Assembly (NCBI GenBank): GCA_004431415.1 | Contig: QPMI01000600.1 | Location: 1 to 64,000 of the forward strand | Source: Cyanophora paradoxa CCMP329 | Lineage: Eukaryota > Plantae > Glaucophyta | Direction: 5' to 3' | Length of the DNA stretch: 64,000 nucleotides | Part shown: positions 1-11,422 of the stretch, piece after piece | Numbering within the stretch: position 1 is the stretch's first letter | Layout of the letters: each line of letters opens with the position of its first letter | Notes under the pieces: model-generated | Databases searched by the model: none | What the model saw: the letters and a program-made list of their open reading frames with translations, nothing else | What the model was told of the DNA's origin: nothing | Made by a program: the position numbers and the translations under genes

Positions 1-2539
1 CAGTGGAAGTGCAGGTCGGGGCCCAGGCGGCTCAGGCCCTGCCGCCCCGCCCCGCCCCTGCCCTCGGCGCCCCGCCCCGGCCGAGCGGGGCGGGAGGGGC
101 GCGGCGCACGACGCAGACGAAGCTCTGGACCCGGAGGCCTGCGCCGGGGGCGAGGGTCGGGCGGGGGCGGCCGAGTGAGGGGGAGGGGTACAGGGGCACC
201 GATGTAGGTAAGGGTGAGGCGGCGGATCTGGAGGAAGCCTTCGGGCCGCGGCTCGACGATCCCTGCGGGGGCGCGCGTCACGCCGGGCGCGCCGGAGGCG
301 AAGGCGCCGGAGGGCGGGAAACGTGAGGCGGGCGCACATTCCACGAAGCTGTCGTCCAGGTGCTTGCTGAAGTCCGTCATCGAGATCTTGTACCAGAGGA
401 GGTTCCTCGCCGACACCCCCGGCAGCAGCGTCCGGAACCCCGTGCGCAGCCAGCAGCCGCGCTGCCTGCTCCCCGCCTCGCCGATCCGCCTGCACGCGGA
501 GCGAGCGGCGTTGGCCGGCGCCGGCGAGGCGGAGTCGGGCCGGGCCGGCGGCGGCGGCGCGGGCACCGGAACCTCCATGTATTGTTCCCCTTCCACGATT
601 CCCATGCGGGGGCGGCGTCCACGTCGGTGCGGAGCAGCGCAAGCGCCTCGGCGCTGAGCTGCGGGGTTCCCCATCAGCGCCTCTGAACAGAGCGCCTGTT
701 CAGCCGAGGGGCTCTGCTCCTTCCGAATCGCTGATTTTAGAGACCAAGTACGCCCGCCCGGCTGCCCGAGCGTGCGCGTCTGCCCGCCGCACGGGCAGGC
801 TGCACTTGCGCACAGCTGCACTTACGCACCTTGTCGGCGGCGGAGAGGAATGCTGCGTGCTGCGGCGCCGCCCACGCAGTCCAACTGGCGAATCCTGAGC
901 TCTTCGGTTCCTCTGGTTCCATCGCCGAGTCAGATCATGCCATCCGCGCGGCTCCGCAGCCTGCAGCTGGTTGAGGGCACGGCCCGCGCGATCGGGTGGC
1001 CGACGGGTCGCTGCCGCAGCTGCAGACGGCTGCGGAATCCCGCGGGCCGAAGGTCCGGCGCTTGGCAGGTCACAGGCACTTTTTTTCTTCAACAGACGGG
1101 TACGTGTGCGCAAACCGACGTCCGGTCACCGCTCCGCGCTCGCAGTCAACCCGCGGTCAATTCACTGTGCTCGCTGCCGTCGAACGCGCTCCTTGCCGCA
1201 ACAGCTCTCCGATGTCGGCGCCGCAGGGCTCTCCTGCATCAGCGGCACGGCCGGCGCACCCGGCCTCAGCGCAGCCGGGTCTTGTCACTCCGGCAGTCAC
1301 TCGTTTACCAGTCGTTCGTTTGGCCGGTGTGTCCTTCCCCGCGCTCTCCCCCTTGCCTGCGCCGCGCACGCTCGCTTCAATATGCTAATTGACGCCGATC
1401 GATTCCCCGCGGCGGGCGCAGAGAAAGCTGCCAGCAGTCATGTGCGCGATCAGATTGCAAGCGCCCAGCTGCAGGCGACCTCGACGGCGGCCTCGGCAGC
1501 GGCCGCCGTACGCATTTCGAATGCAGGTGCTGCGATCGCTGCGGCCGCCTCGAAGCCCGAGGTCATCGGGAGCGTCAACCACGTCTCTGCGGGCGGCCAA
1601 GGTCCGGCGGCGTCTCCATGTGCGATTGCGAGCTTGAGCTCGAGTGTCATTTGCTGACGTACGCGTCGACGCGTTCGGGCCGGGTCCGCGCCGCAGCGCC
1701 AGCGAACGGGAGCGGGAGCGGCTTTTCATCCTCTGCAGGCGTGTACGTAGCGCACGGTGCGACTCGTTCGAGGACCCGCGGTCGAACGCAGCGGCGCGCG
1801 CTTCCTGTTCAATTTACGGCCTCTCGCAGCTGCAGCCCCGCCGCCGCCACCGCAGCAGCAGCCGCAGCGCCCGCAGTGCGCCCCCCTGCGTTGCGTTTCC
1901 TCCGCAGTCCGCCGCTGATGCGTGGAGCGCCAGAGCCGAAGCGAAGGTCGTGGCGAAGCGCCAAGTGCCGCTGCCGGCGGTCGGGCCCGCTCACGCCCAC
2001 GCCGCGCAGCCTCGGCCCACGCAGCCAATCTCCGATCGCAAGCAGCACCCCGTCGCCTGCGCCCTCCATCCCGCTGCGGCCGCCGGCTCTCTTGAGCTTG
2101 CCGTCCCGACGCGGCCTGCGTCGGCTCCTCACGCCCCCGCCGCTTCGGGCGACGGCCGCGGGACCGATCCGGCTCTGCAGCCGCCCCGGTCCCCGCCTCG
2201 CTTCGGTGCCTTCAAGGCGAAGCTGGAGCCGCCCTCGACGCCGCCGGCCGCGAGCTCGGCCTCCGCGCCCGTCCCGGCCACCAGGTGCCCCCTGCGCCCC
2301 GCTGCGAGTGTTCGCCTTCAAACTCACGACGCCGACGGGCCCCTCCGCAGCTCCAAGTCGGCCGCGCCGGTGAAGGCCGCCGCCTCTCCGTTCAGGGCCG
2401 GCGCGAGGCCGCGCCCGCCGACCCCGCCCCTCCCCAATTCCAGGGGTGGTCTCCCGGCGCCCGCCGCGGGCGGCGCTCATGATCAGCCGCGGCCGGCCGC
2501 GGCCGGCGGGTCGCTCCCGCAGCTGCAGCCGGTGGCAAT

Positions 2540-3061
2540 GGGCTTGCACACGCAAGAGTTCATCCCGGTTCGCGCTCGCCCGGCAGCGCGCCCGCCCTCC
2601 CGGACTGAGCGTGCCTGCGGAGCAGCGCGACGACGAGTTCGAGCAGCTCGAGCAGGGACTGGAGGAGGCGGCGGTGGAGGCGGAGGAGGACGGGGGCGAC
2701 TCGGGCGGCTCCGACTACTGCGCCCAAGCGGACAGGTGCGCGCGCGCGCCACGCAGCCTGCGCTGGCTTCCCCACCGCGTCTCACGGCTAACCTCGTCGG
2801 CAGCATCCGGCCCCCGCACGCCGGCAAGCCCCGCCGCAAGCGCGCCCGCTTCGAGACGCCCAGCCCGCCGGCCCTGCCGGCACCGCCGACCACAGAGGCG
2901 CCGGCGCAGGCCCGCCCCGCTGGAGGCCACGTGAGGTGGCGGCGCCGCCCGCTCGTCGCCGGCGCCGGACAGCCGCAAGGGAGCCGGCACCGGCCGTCTC
3001 TTCAACTGGCGGCGGAATCGCCGGCGTCTCCGTGGCCGCCGGCACCGACGTCCTCCGCTCC

Positions 3062-3097
<36 letters not shown>

Positions 3098-4215
3098 TCT
3101 CGAGGCCGGCCCGCGGCCCCCGCCCGCAGCGACTGAGCCGCCGAAGCGGGCGGCCTCGTTCAAGAAGGCGTGGGCGTGCGAGCACACGAGCGCGAAGCAC
3201 AAGGCCCACGGGCTCTGCGAGAGGTGCTACATCAGATCTCGCACCGCCTACCCGCGGCGGAGGTCGCAGGTGCCTGCTAGACATACCAGCCCGCGGCCAG
3301 CGCGTTTAATTTCAGCCGGCATGTGCACTCCCCGCGGCCGGCTCACCCGCCCCCACGCAGGGATCCGGATCCGGCCAGACCGAGACCGACCCCGGCGCAG
3401 AGCTCGAGGCCGCCGCGCCGGCGGCCTCGGCCTCGGCCTTCGCGCCCGATCGCGAGCCGCTCGCGCTCCCGCCCCCCGCGGCGCCCTCCGGATCCCCTAC
3501 GCCAGCAGCTGCGGCGCCAGCGGCCGCCGCGGCCGCCCGCGCGCGGCGACGCCCTTGCCGTCCGACGCCCCCGCCCCGCCAAGCCCAGGGTCAAGGTGCG
3601 CCGACCTCCGCCGTCGTAGAGAGCTGAAGGTGAAACTGAAGGGGGCGGGCGGGGCGGGGGCGGCAGATGTTCAACGTGCGGGTGCTGGACGGGGCGCGGG
3701 ACGCGGCGGGGCGGGCGGCCGCCGGGGAGCGCCTCGAGGAGCTCGTCGCCCGCGCCGCCGCCGCCCTCGGCTGCGAGGTCGGACGCCCCCTCCACCCCCG
3801 CCCCCCCCCCCCCCCCCCGCCCCCCCCCCCCCCGCCCCCGCCCCCCCCGCCCCCACACCCCCCCTCCGCCCCCCCCCCCCCCCCACACACACACCACACC
3901 ACACCCCACCCCGCCCCCCGCCCCGCCCTCGCATCAAAGTCATCTCTGATTTTGGGGCCAGGTGCTGGAGCTCTGGCACAAGAACCTCGTCCGCGTCCGC
4001 AGGTCCGCCGCCCCGAAGCCCGCACCCCCGCCCCCCTGACGCCCCCCCAGCGTGGAGGAGATCCTGGAGAGCCGCGACCTGGTGCCGGCCCTGCACCGCC
4101 CCGCCCGCCGGCGCCGCGCGCGCCGATCAACACTCCAGTCCCTGGGCAGGTCTTCTACGCGGCGACGCGGGAGGACCTGGGGCCCCTCTCCCCGCTCGCC
4201 CACCTCCTCCTCTAG
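2540..4215 (+). CDS. Host multi-exon gene with CxH...GLCxxCY zinc motif and C-terminal domain shared with the gene at ~43780 (boundaries approximate)
   Basis: ACEHTSAKHKAHGLCERCY at ~3175-3230; exons VRVLDGARDAAGRAAAGERLEELVARAAAALG and VFYAATREDL. Confidence 0.4.
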
Positions 4216-6230
4216 CCCCCGCCCCGCCCCGCGCCCGCCAGGGTCCCCGACCCGGGCCGCCTTTCCCTTTAGCTGTTCCCCCGCCTCCTCCAGCCGGCGC
4301 CGGCCTCCGCGCCCCCACTGCCCATGCCCACTGCCTTCGGCTATGCTCGGTCATCTAATTGTGCTCTGGTTGTGTGTTAACGTTATTCCTCGTCCGCTCA
4401 AGAACTTGAATTTGTTTTTCGAGCTGCACGCGTACGGCTGCGCCGCTGCGCCAGGCCAGGGCCCGCGGCCGGGGTGGCGGGCCCGGCCGCGGCGGTGGGG
4501 GGCGGCGCGCGGGCGCGGAGCGAATGCGGGCCGCGAAGCGCCGCGACTCCCGGAGACGCCGGGCCGAACGAGGGGATCAGGAGGCTTCTAGATCTCGAGC
4601 TCGGCCTGCATGGGCCCTGCCGGCAGCCTGCTTTTTTTTGCAAAAGTGGACGTCGCATTGATACACCACGGCACATGTACCAATGTTCTACGTGACGTGC
4701 CCTTCCGACCGGCCATCTGTTCTACGTGACGCCCTGCCGGCAGCCTGCACACTGTGCGGCCTAGCCTGGGATCGGATGCATATGCTGACCACTGACCAGT
4801 GGCGCCGGCCATGTGGCCCTCGACGCGCGCTCCAATCAAGCTCGAGGGACTCATCCCGCCACCCGCCGCAGCTTCAGCGCGCCTCTATCCCGCACCCCGA
4901 CATCGACATCGTACCCCATACCCCGTACCCCATCGTCTGCAAGTTGTGTTTTTCAAAAGCTCAACCCCGGTCCATAATAAGTTATAATCTGCAGCTGCCT
5001 ATATAATGCGATGTGGTCATGGTGCACGACTCCATATTGAATGACATGAAAAAATATTCTATTGCACGAGCTCGAGGGCGTGCACGTGTCGAAATTCAAA
5101 GTACGTCATTTCTTGAACGCCTCGTGTTGTTTTCTGCCTTGCGCAGTTCCTCCGGATCCTGCATGCACAGCTACCCCCGCAGCTGTTGAGGACGCTTTAA
5201 ATTTCCGCTGCTGCGAGCTCGAGGGGCCCATAACCACTCCCGCCTGCTCTGAAGAAGCAGCAGCAGCTGGTGCGGGTGTCTGAGCCTTGGTCGTGCTCGA
5301 GCTCGCGGTCTTGCTTGCAGCCTCGTTGGCGCTGTTCGCTACAGTTGCTGGACGGCGGGGGATCTGTAGGGGCTCCTTCGCCTTCTTCTGCTGCTTCTGC
5401 GACCCAAAACCCGCGACCGCAGCCGCAGCTGAATGCGGACTCGAGTCTTCGCCGCGAAACATCGCGCCCGCCCCCGCATGGACCTCTTCGCTCGGAGCTG
5501 CAGCTGCCGCCTCGTCCGGAAGTGCGCCATCGATATCGGCGTCGCCCTCACCCTCACCCGCCAGCTCCGGATCCGATTCGCATCCGCCAGTCTCGAGCTC
5601 GAGGTCAGAGCCCGCATCGCTGCTGCCCTCGAGCTCGTGATCGATCACGACATCATGATCACCAGGCGACGCTGCCGCGGCCGTCCTCGTGACGTGCGTC
5701 CGGGCTCTTTGGAATGCGTCCTGGAACAGAGATTAATTAGCGTTAACGTCGTACATTTTATGTGGCCGCTAATTCGCCAAAAACAACAATATTAATATCA
5801 AATTATAAATTATATACAGTAAGTGTTACGTCGACGTCTTCTGTTGTATATATAGGGCCCTCGCACCATCGCTGCTTCTTCTGTTGATAGACCCCTTGAG
5901 ATGATCGTCTGCACAATGGCTGCAGCTGTAGCTGGCGACGTCGACGCCTTGGAGAGAAAAACCTGCGCAGATCAATCACGAAGTAGCATCTATGCATGCA
6001 TATGGCCAGCTATCGATCTACGTAGGCATATGCGTGTGTACTCGAAAACGCACAGAAACAACGGCTGGCAGGGAGCCTTTCTTCTTGCAATTGCTGGCCA
6101 TGGGAGCATGCATATGCGCAGAGCTCGAGGCGGAACTGGTGCTCCAAGTAGGCTCCCCGAAGCCTTGACGCTCGCACTCCTTCCTCAACGATTCCCACTT
6201 CTCGGCGAGAGATCCATGCAGGTCGAACAT

Positions 6231-6236
6231 GACAGC
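6231..6236 (+). other. 6-bp target site duplication GACAGC (second copy 34141-34146)
   Basis: The same hexamer lies immediately outside both termini. 6-bp TSDs are typical of Polinton rve integrases. Confidence 0.93.
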
Positions 6237-7352
6237 ACACATATGAATATTCATATTTTAATCCCTCGGCGTTCCGCCTCAGGATTAAAATATGAATATT
6301 CATATGTGTGATTCGATGTTATATCAATAAAATCGATTAATTTATTTGAATTTTCACATGAATTTTCATATTTTCACATGAATTTTCATATTTTTATATG
6401 CAATTTCAATTAATTTAATCGATGTTCCGGAGGGGACCCCGCCGGGGTCTTTTGGGTACACAGGCACTCCTCTATCTACGTGACCGAGGAGTGCCACGCG
6501 TTAGGGGGCCATTATAGGCTCCCCCCTCTGGCTGCGCCATCGCAGTGCATTCGGCCACGTTGCCACTTTAGCGGGGTCGACGGATTACGGGGGCTCGCCC
6601 CGGCGGGCCCTATATGGCTCGAAATCCCACCGAGGGGAGTCGAACCGGGTTGTCCGCACAACCGCACCGTGATTTCAACCGCTAGGCCAAACGCGCCTCA
6701 ATTTAATCGATGTTATATCGATAAACTCGATTAATCGATATTGTATCTAAATAAGAGTTAATCGGAATTATATCAATAACTTCGATTGATCTTAATTGAA
6801 TCCTAAATGAATCTAATCGGAATTATATCAATAAATTCGATTAAATCATGTTCTTTTCCGATTAAATCAATTAAATATTTAAATTTGTTACCATAAGTGG
6901 TCTAAGTTGACTCACTTTTCATAAACATTTTAAAGTCTTAGTCTCCTTGAATTTCTTAAGATGACTCAACTTAGTCAACTTAGTCAACTTTGTTACCATA
7001 ATCAATCAGGGTTGACTCACTTTTAGATCAACTTTGAAATTTCAAGCAAAATCAACTTGGATTTCAAAAGTGGATCTTCTAAGTGGACTCAAAATGTTCA
7101 CTTTGTGATACATGTTAGCTCAAATCCTTACTGTTTATGGTCAGGGTTGACTAAGTGGGGGGAGTTGACACATTTTTTGAAATCCTTTTTAGAAAACTTT
7201 TGGTCCCAAATATTTCCTGTGAAATTTGAGTCAACTCAACCCACTTAGTCAACCCTTGCATTGAATTCGTAACAAAATCCATATACTATTACTACTTTTA
7301 CGATTAATATGAGTCAACCTTGAGTCCACTTTAATATAAATATTATATAATA
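6237..7352 (+). repeat. Left terminal inverted repeat (828 bp plus a 288-bp SINE+TSD insertion)
   Basis: Reverse complement of 33313-34140 except for the insert at 6427-6714. An imperfect match extends to ~7374 versus ~33291. Confidence 0.95.
6427..6699 (-). mobile_element. tRNA-derived SINE inserted in the left TIR
   Basis: GC-rich 273-bp insert absent from the right TIR, flanked by the 15-bp duplication AATTTAATCGATGTT (6412-6426, 6700-6714). The minus strand begins with Pol III A box TGGCCTAGCGG and B box GGTTCGACTCC ~32 nt apart. Confidence 0.85.
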
Positions 7353-7618
7353 GGGGGAATCTAGGGCAGATGCTGAGTTTTAGTGTAAGGAAATCGAATA
7401 GTATTCGAAATCTTACACCTGAAGGTGTAGGGTGCATTCATATTTCGGCTACATCATACATTAGATTTCTACTGTAAACAATAACCGGAATCCGGAAAAT
7501 AATCATTGTAGAAAGCTATTGTAGTAAAATGATATATTATGTCCTTTTGTTACAATAGCTGATCAATGTTATTGTTAGAAAACAAAGGAATCCTTTCAAA
7601 ACTCATTATAGAAACCCA

Positions 7619-8017
7619 TTAAAACGGAAATCTATCATGTTTATGTCTTTCAGTCTTCTCAAATGTGAGGAAATTCATTGTTTTATCGATCTCATCTGCA
7701 ACTGCTTGTGTTTTATGCTGAGCTTCTTTACCACAACTGAATATATCAATTGCTAACATGCCTTCATTGGAATAACAATGAGCTGTGCAATGGCTTTCAT
7801 CTAATAGCAGAACCAATGCAAAACCAGGAGGTGATAGTTTCCCATCAAACACTTCACAGTGTTTATGAACAATCCTAATGCCTTGTCTCAATATTGCTTG
7901 TTCAAGGGTTCCCATAATCCAATTACCTAGGAAGCTAACATGCTCATGACCTGTTGCTATAGCTGCTTTAGCTTTGTAATCAAGCATTACATGAAAGCCT
8001 CTGTATTTAGTCTCCAT
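7619..8017 (-). CDS. speD: S-adenosylmethionine decarboxylase proenzyme (short prokaryotic pyruvoyl type) or related decarboxylase
   Basis: 132 aa; motif GFALVLLLDESHCTAHCYSNEGMLAIDIFSCG matches the class 1b AdoMetDC E-SH autocleavage site and the D-x-F-x-CG motif. Confidence 0.85.
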   Translation of the reverse strand: METKYRGFHVMLDYKAKAAIATGHEHVSFLGNWIMGTLEQAILRQGIRIVHKHCEVFDGKLSPPGFALVLLLDESHCTAHCYSNEGMLAIDIFSCGKEAQHKTQAVADEIDKTMNFLTFEKTERHKHDRFPF

Positions 8018-8040
8018 TAAGAATACCTTAGAAAAATTAA

Positions 8041-8313
8041 CTAGTCAAACCTAATGCAAATATCCCTATACTCTACTCTGATTGATGAAGTAGCTCTTTT
8101 CCTGTGTGCTTGACTCTTTCTTTTGTTACAGTCCCTACACCCTGATCCCTTCACATGATTAAAGGGATATGTTAGGATCACCTTGTTACATTGCAAACAT
8201 CTAACAGATACTTTCTCTTGAGCTTTGATGTAATGTGTCTCACTGTAATCGAATTTATCTTTACCATGAACTGTCATAGCAGCATCAATAAACTTTTTTG
8301 TTTTAGTATCCAT
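8041..8313 (-). CDS. Small zinc-ribbon protein (HGxKYDYS...CxxC...H...GCxxC repeat unit)
   Basis: A single copy of the repeat unit that occurs three times in the 20872..21813 nuclease. Confidence 0.65.
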   Translation of the reverse strand: MDTKTKKFIDAAMTVHGKDKFDYSETHYIKAQEKVSVRCLQCNKVILTYPFNHVKGSGCRDCNKRKSQAHRKRATSSIRVEYRDICIRFD

Positions 8314-8335
8314 ACTCTATATATAACCAATATTC

Positions 8336-9169
8336 TTATGGAGCAGTATCCTGCCCGAAAATGGGGAAATATCGATTTGTGCCATAGTATTCAGCATAGG
8401 TATTCTGCTTTGCAATAAAATCGGTTCTCTCAGCATATAATACACACTTGTAGATACCAAACTTGGTGGCTCTCACTAAGAACTGGTAATCTTCTAAACC
8501 GAAATTGACTCCATGATAAGCAATTCCAAAATTATCATATGGGGTGATCACAACAGCAAAATTAGGAGTTCCACCTTCAACTTGACAAAGAGCATAAACA
8601 TCTGGTGGGATATCCACAACAACCTTGTAGTGGTCACCAATCTCAACAAGGGAGTCTACTACTGCTGTTTGTTCATTTACAACAATGGGGAATATTTTGA
8701 TTATATAGGGGGCATTCATGCTGGGGACATAGGTTCGAATTCTTGTATTGGGATCAATGGGATTGGGTTGATCATTCACAAATAGAGGCGCTCCAACAGC
8801 CCCACCAACCCTAAGACCATCACCAATATAAGCTCCCCCCGATTTGCAGTTAATAGCTCCCGACCTAGATTCAAAAGAATAAGTAGACAGAGGATCTCCA
8901 TAGCTATCTGGGTCTCCATAATGAGCAGAAAAGTTTGCATTTGTCACAAGTAGCTTAGTTGTCTTAACTATTCCATTATTTTTATCACATCTGAGTTCCT
9001 GCAATCTCAGCTTGTGGGTGGAACCAAATGTGTTCATTGTAGGCTGGACCTCTGTGGACTGCAGTCCCTCAACATCATCAAAAGTAGCATGCTGCAGAAC
9101 ATGGTTTGCTGGTGCAGCTAATGATAGCTGAGGTGTAATAATTCGTTCAAGTGGGGGTTGCTCAGCCAT
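8336..9169 (-). CDS. Fibre/spike-like virion protein, paralog 1
   Basis: Shares an N-terminal domain (ELRxDKNxGxVKTT...KSGGAYIGDG) with three neighbours. The C-terminus resembles phage tail-protein ends (..ITPYDNFG...LYAERTD). Confidence 0.6.
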   Translation of the reverse strand: MAEQPPLERIITPQLSLAAPANHVLQHATFDDVEGLQSTEVQPTMNTFGSTHKLRLQELRCDKNNGIVKTTKLLVTNANFSAHYGDPDSYGDPLSTYSFESRSGAINCKSGGAYIGDGLRVGGAVGAPLFVNDQPNPIDPNTRIRTYVPSMNAPYIIKIFPIVVNEQTAVVDSLVEIGDHYKVVVDIPPDVYALCQVEGGTPNFAVVITPYDNFGIAYHGVNFGLEDYQFLVRATKFGIYKCVLYAERTDFIAKQNTYAEYYGTNRYFPIFGQDTAP

Positions 9170-9192
9170 TTTACATTAAAGGGATATATCTT

Positions 9193-10047
9193 TTATGGGG
9201 TTGGGTCATCAATTACATCTGGTTCCATGTAAAACCCTGTTGTGAATATATCAGCAACATTTACACCACGAAGTGCTGATACAGCTGCTATATCTGTTCT
9301 CAGTCCCATAATCATAGTATTGTATACTCCAACCTCAGTGACAAACAGATCATAGGTAAATGTCAAATTGTTATAAACACAATATCCTCTGCCAAAATGG
9401 TTCGAAGCTTGAACAAAGAATAAGTAGTTGTGACCTGGTTGATTATTATTGGCTCTACACATGGAAAGCATTGCAGTGGGAAGAGGAATATTTCTTCTTA
9501 CTCGATCAGTTCCTGTAATGGAAACTAATTCCGAATTCTCAAGAGTTACAGAGGATGCAACATAGAAATGCAAAAAAGGTTGCTGTGCAACAGGTGTGTA
9601 GAAACGAATTCGTTGTGGGTTCTCAGCATTTTGCTCTAGAGTATCTGGGACATCATTGTATGCAATTGATGAAGAGAGTTGACCTGAAACTCTGCAGCCT
9701 CCACCAATAAAAGCTCCTCCTGATCTCACAGTAACAGCTGCAGAATTCTTATCGAAATCAAGGGCTTTCAGATCAACACTGTAAGCATCAGGACCTCCAT
9801 TAGTAGGTTGGAAGAAGTTAGCATTTGTGACAAGAAGTCGAGTTGTTTTAACCACACCCGAATTCTTATCAGCTCTCAGCTCTTTAACTCGAATAATCGA
9901 ATTTTTATCAAAGGAATTACCATTTGAATTGGGTCTCTCTGTGGATTCTAAACCACGAACCTCATCATTTACTTCATGCTGGCGAAAATGCATTGCAGGG
10001 GATCCAAGGGAATATATAGGCAGTTGAACTCGATTATATTCACCCAT
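9193..10047 (-). CDS. Fibre/spike-like virion protein, paralog 2
   Basis: Same N-terminal domain. Probable start MGEYNRV at 10047. C-terminus is similar to paralog 1 (..ASNHFGRG...MGLRTD). Confidence 0.6.
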   Translation of the reverse strand: MGEYNRVQLPIYSLGSPAMHFRQHEVNDEVRGLESTERPNSNGNSFDKNSIIRVKELRADKNSGVVKTTRLLVTNANFFQPTNGGPDAYSVDLKALDFDKNSAAVTVRSGGAFIGGGCRVSGQLSSSIAYNDVPDTLEQNAENPQRIRFYTPVAQQPFLHFYVASSVTLENSELVSITGTDRVRRNIPLPTAMLSMCRANNNQPGHNYLFFVQASNHFGRGYCVYNNLTFTYDLFVTEVGVYNTMIMGLRTDIAAVSALRGVNVADIFTTGFYMEPDVIDDPTP

Positions 10048-10082
10048 TGCTTCTTTTACTAAGAAGGAAAGAAAAATAATGT

Positions 10083-10349
10083 TCACAGTTCTTCTGTGAC
10101 AATGTTATACTCGATCGCTTTTTTCACAGTTCCCCTTTGGAATGCCTGTAAAACAATTGCTTCCTTTGAGGTGGGTATTTGGATACCAGCTGAGATGCAA
10201 GATTGTACCTCTTTCTGAACAATCTCATCAATTGCTATTCTTGCTCTGTTGTGGGCAGCATTGTCAATCCAATTCTGAACAGAAGCAGAGCAATATTCCA
10301 TTCCCAGGTTTTCAGTATCTGAGAGGACTACTTGGTAGATATTCGACAT
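10083..10349 (-). CDS. Small phage-like protein, possible fibre accessory/chaperone (88 aa)
   Basis: MSNIYQVVLSDTE...WIDNAAHNRARIAIDEIV resembles, from recall, small proteins found beside C1q-type fibres in marine phages. Not verified by search. Confidence 0.5.
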   Translation of the reverse strand: MSNIYQVVLSDTENLGMEYCSASVQNWIDNAAHNRARIAIDEIVQKEVQSCISAGIQIPTSKEAIVLQAFQRGTVKKAIEYNIVTEEL

Positions 10350-10371
10350 TCCTATTTTATGGTGAGAAAAT

Positions 10372-11400
10372 TTATGTGATGCTGATAAGCTCACCTGCAA
10401 ATGCTGTTTTAGAAGAATACACCCCATTTGTATTTGTAACAAGTGTTACATACTCATTAGCAGCAATATAGAGAATACAATTTAGCGAAATGGTTTTGTA
10501 TCCAGCAGTGTTTGAGGCAATTACATTTATTGCAACACCACTTGGGTTTGCATCATTTACTTGAAGAGTAAGCTCTATGGGTAGTGATGAGGCTTGTGAG
10601 TAGGTAACTGCTGAAAAACGGTAATGCCCTGAAACAGGAGCAGTAAATCTCCCATTAGCAACTGCAAAATGATTTGTAGGATGATTTAAATGAACAGTTC
10701 CCCAATTTATCAAAGCAGTGGCGCTTGTTGCTGTATGATTATAGTTTAGCTGAACACAGAATCTTGGTTGGGACTGATATTTAAAATAGTTCTGTGTGTT
10801 AATTGTCAGACAGTTCGATTCAAGCAATGCCACAGTATTGCTATTGCGTTTAAAAAGCAGATTTGTCGCCGATCCAGTATCTATTTCAGGAGTAATCACT
10901 TTTGTTGATGCTTGGATTATCTGTTGGGACTGATTAGGTATCGAAATACCAGCATTTGCTGTCACCAACCCTGTAAATGTGCTTGTTCCTGTTATGTTTA
11001 CTTGATTGGCTGCAAGATTTCCATCAATCCTTGCCCCATCTCCAATGTAAGCTCCTCCACTCTTGACAACAAGAGCTGCATTATTGCTTGTGTTGTCAAA
11101 ATTTATTAGTTTGGGTGTGGTGAACCCTCCCACATCATCATAAATTGCTGAATCTGAAACAATCGATCCTGATTGGACTTGGTTTTTATTTGATACTATG
11201 AGACCTGTGGTTCTCACCTTCCCATTATTGCGATCACATCTTATTTCTTTGCATCTAATGACAGAGTTCTGAGAGAATGAATCAGCTCCTGTTGTCTCTG
11301 TGCAAATAAAACCTGGTGTAGCATCTGTGACAGTGTGATTAAGTTGATGTATTTTTGGTGCTGCATAACAGAAAACAGGTACTGCTATCTGAGTAGTCAT
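10372..11400 (-). CDS. Fibre-like protein with C-terminal C1q/TNF-like domain, paralog 3
   Basis: Shared N-terminal domain; C1q-like motifs GRFTAPVSGHYRFS and AFAGELIS. Confidence 0.75.
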   Translation of the reverse strand: MTTQIAVPVFCYAAPKIHQLNHTVTDATPGFICTETTGADSFSQNSVIRCKEIRCDRNNGKVRTTGLIVSNKNQVQSGSIVSDSAIYDDVGGFTTPKLINFDNTSNNAALVVKSGGAYIGDGARIDGNLAANQVNITGTSTFTGLVTANAGISIPNQSQQIIQASTKVITPEIDTGSATNLLFKRNSNTVALLESNCLTINTQNYFKYQSQPRFCVQLNYNHTATSATALINWGTVHLNHPTNHFAVANGRFTAPVSGHYRFSAVTYSQASSLPIELTLQVNDANPSGVAINVIASNTAGYKTISLNCILYIAANEYVTLVTNTNGVYSSKTAFAGELISIT

Positions 11401-11422
11401 TCTTTACATTAGACAGACAATA

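Noticed and set aside
1644-4358. 904-aa ORF and other long Arg/Pro/Ala/Gly-rich ORFs in host regions
   Set aside because: Stop-poor GC-rich DNA read across introns and a poly-C tract; only short internal segments look like real exons.
6620-6699. Possible tRNA gene on the minus strand
   Set aside because: It has A and B boxes but no complete cloverleaf, and is the head of a TSD-flanked 273-bp insert, so it is called a SINE.
7057-7248. Identical 63-aa ORFs at 7057 (+) and 33417 (-)
   Set aside because: They lie within the TIR repeat motifs, start at TTG and have no protein-like features; a by-product of the inverted repeat.
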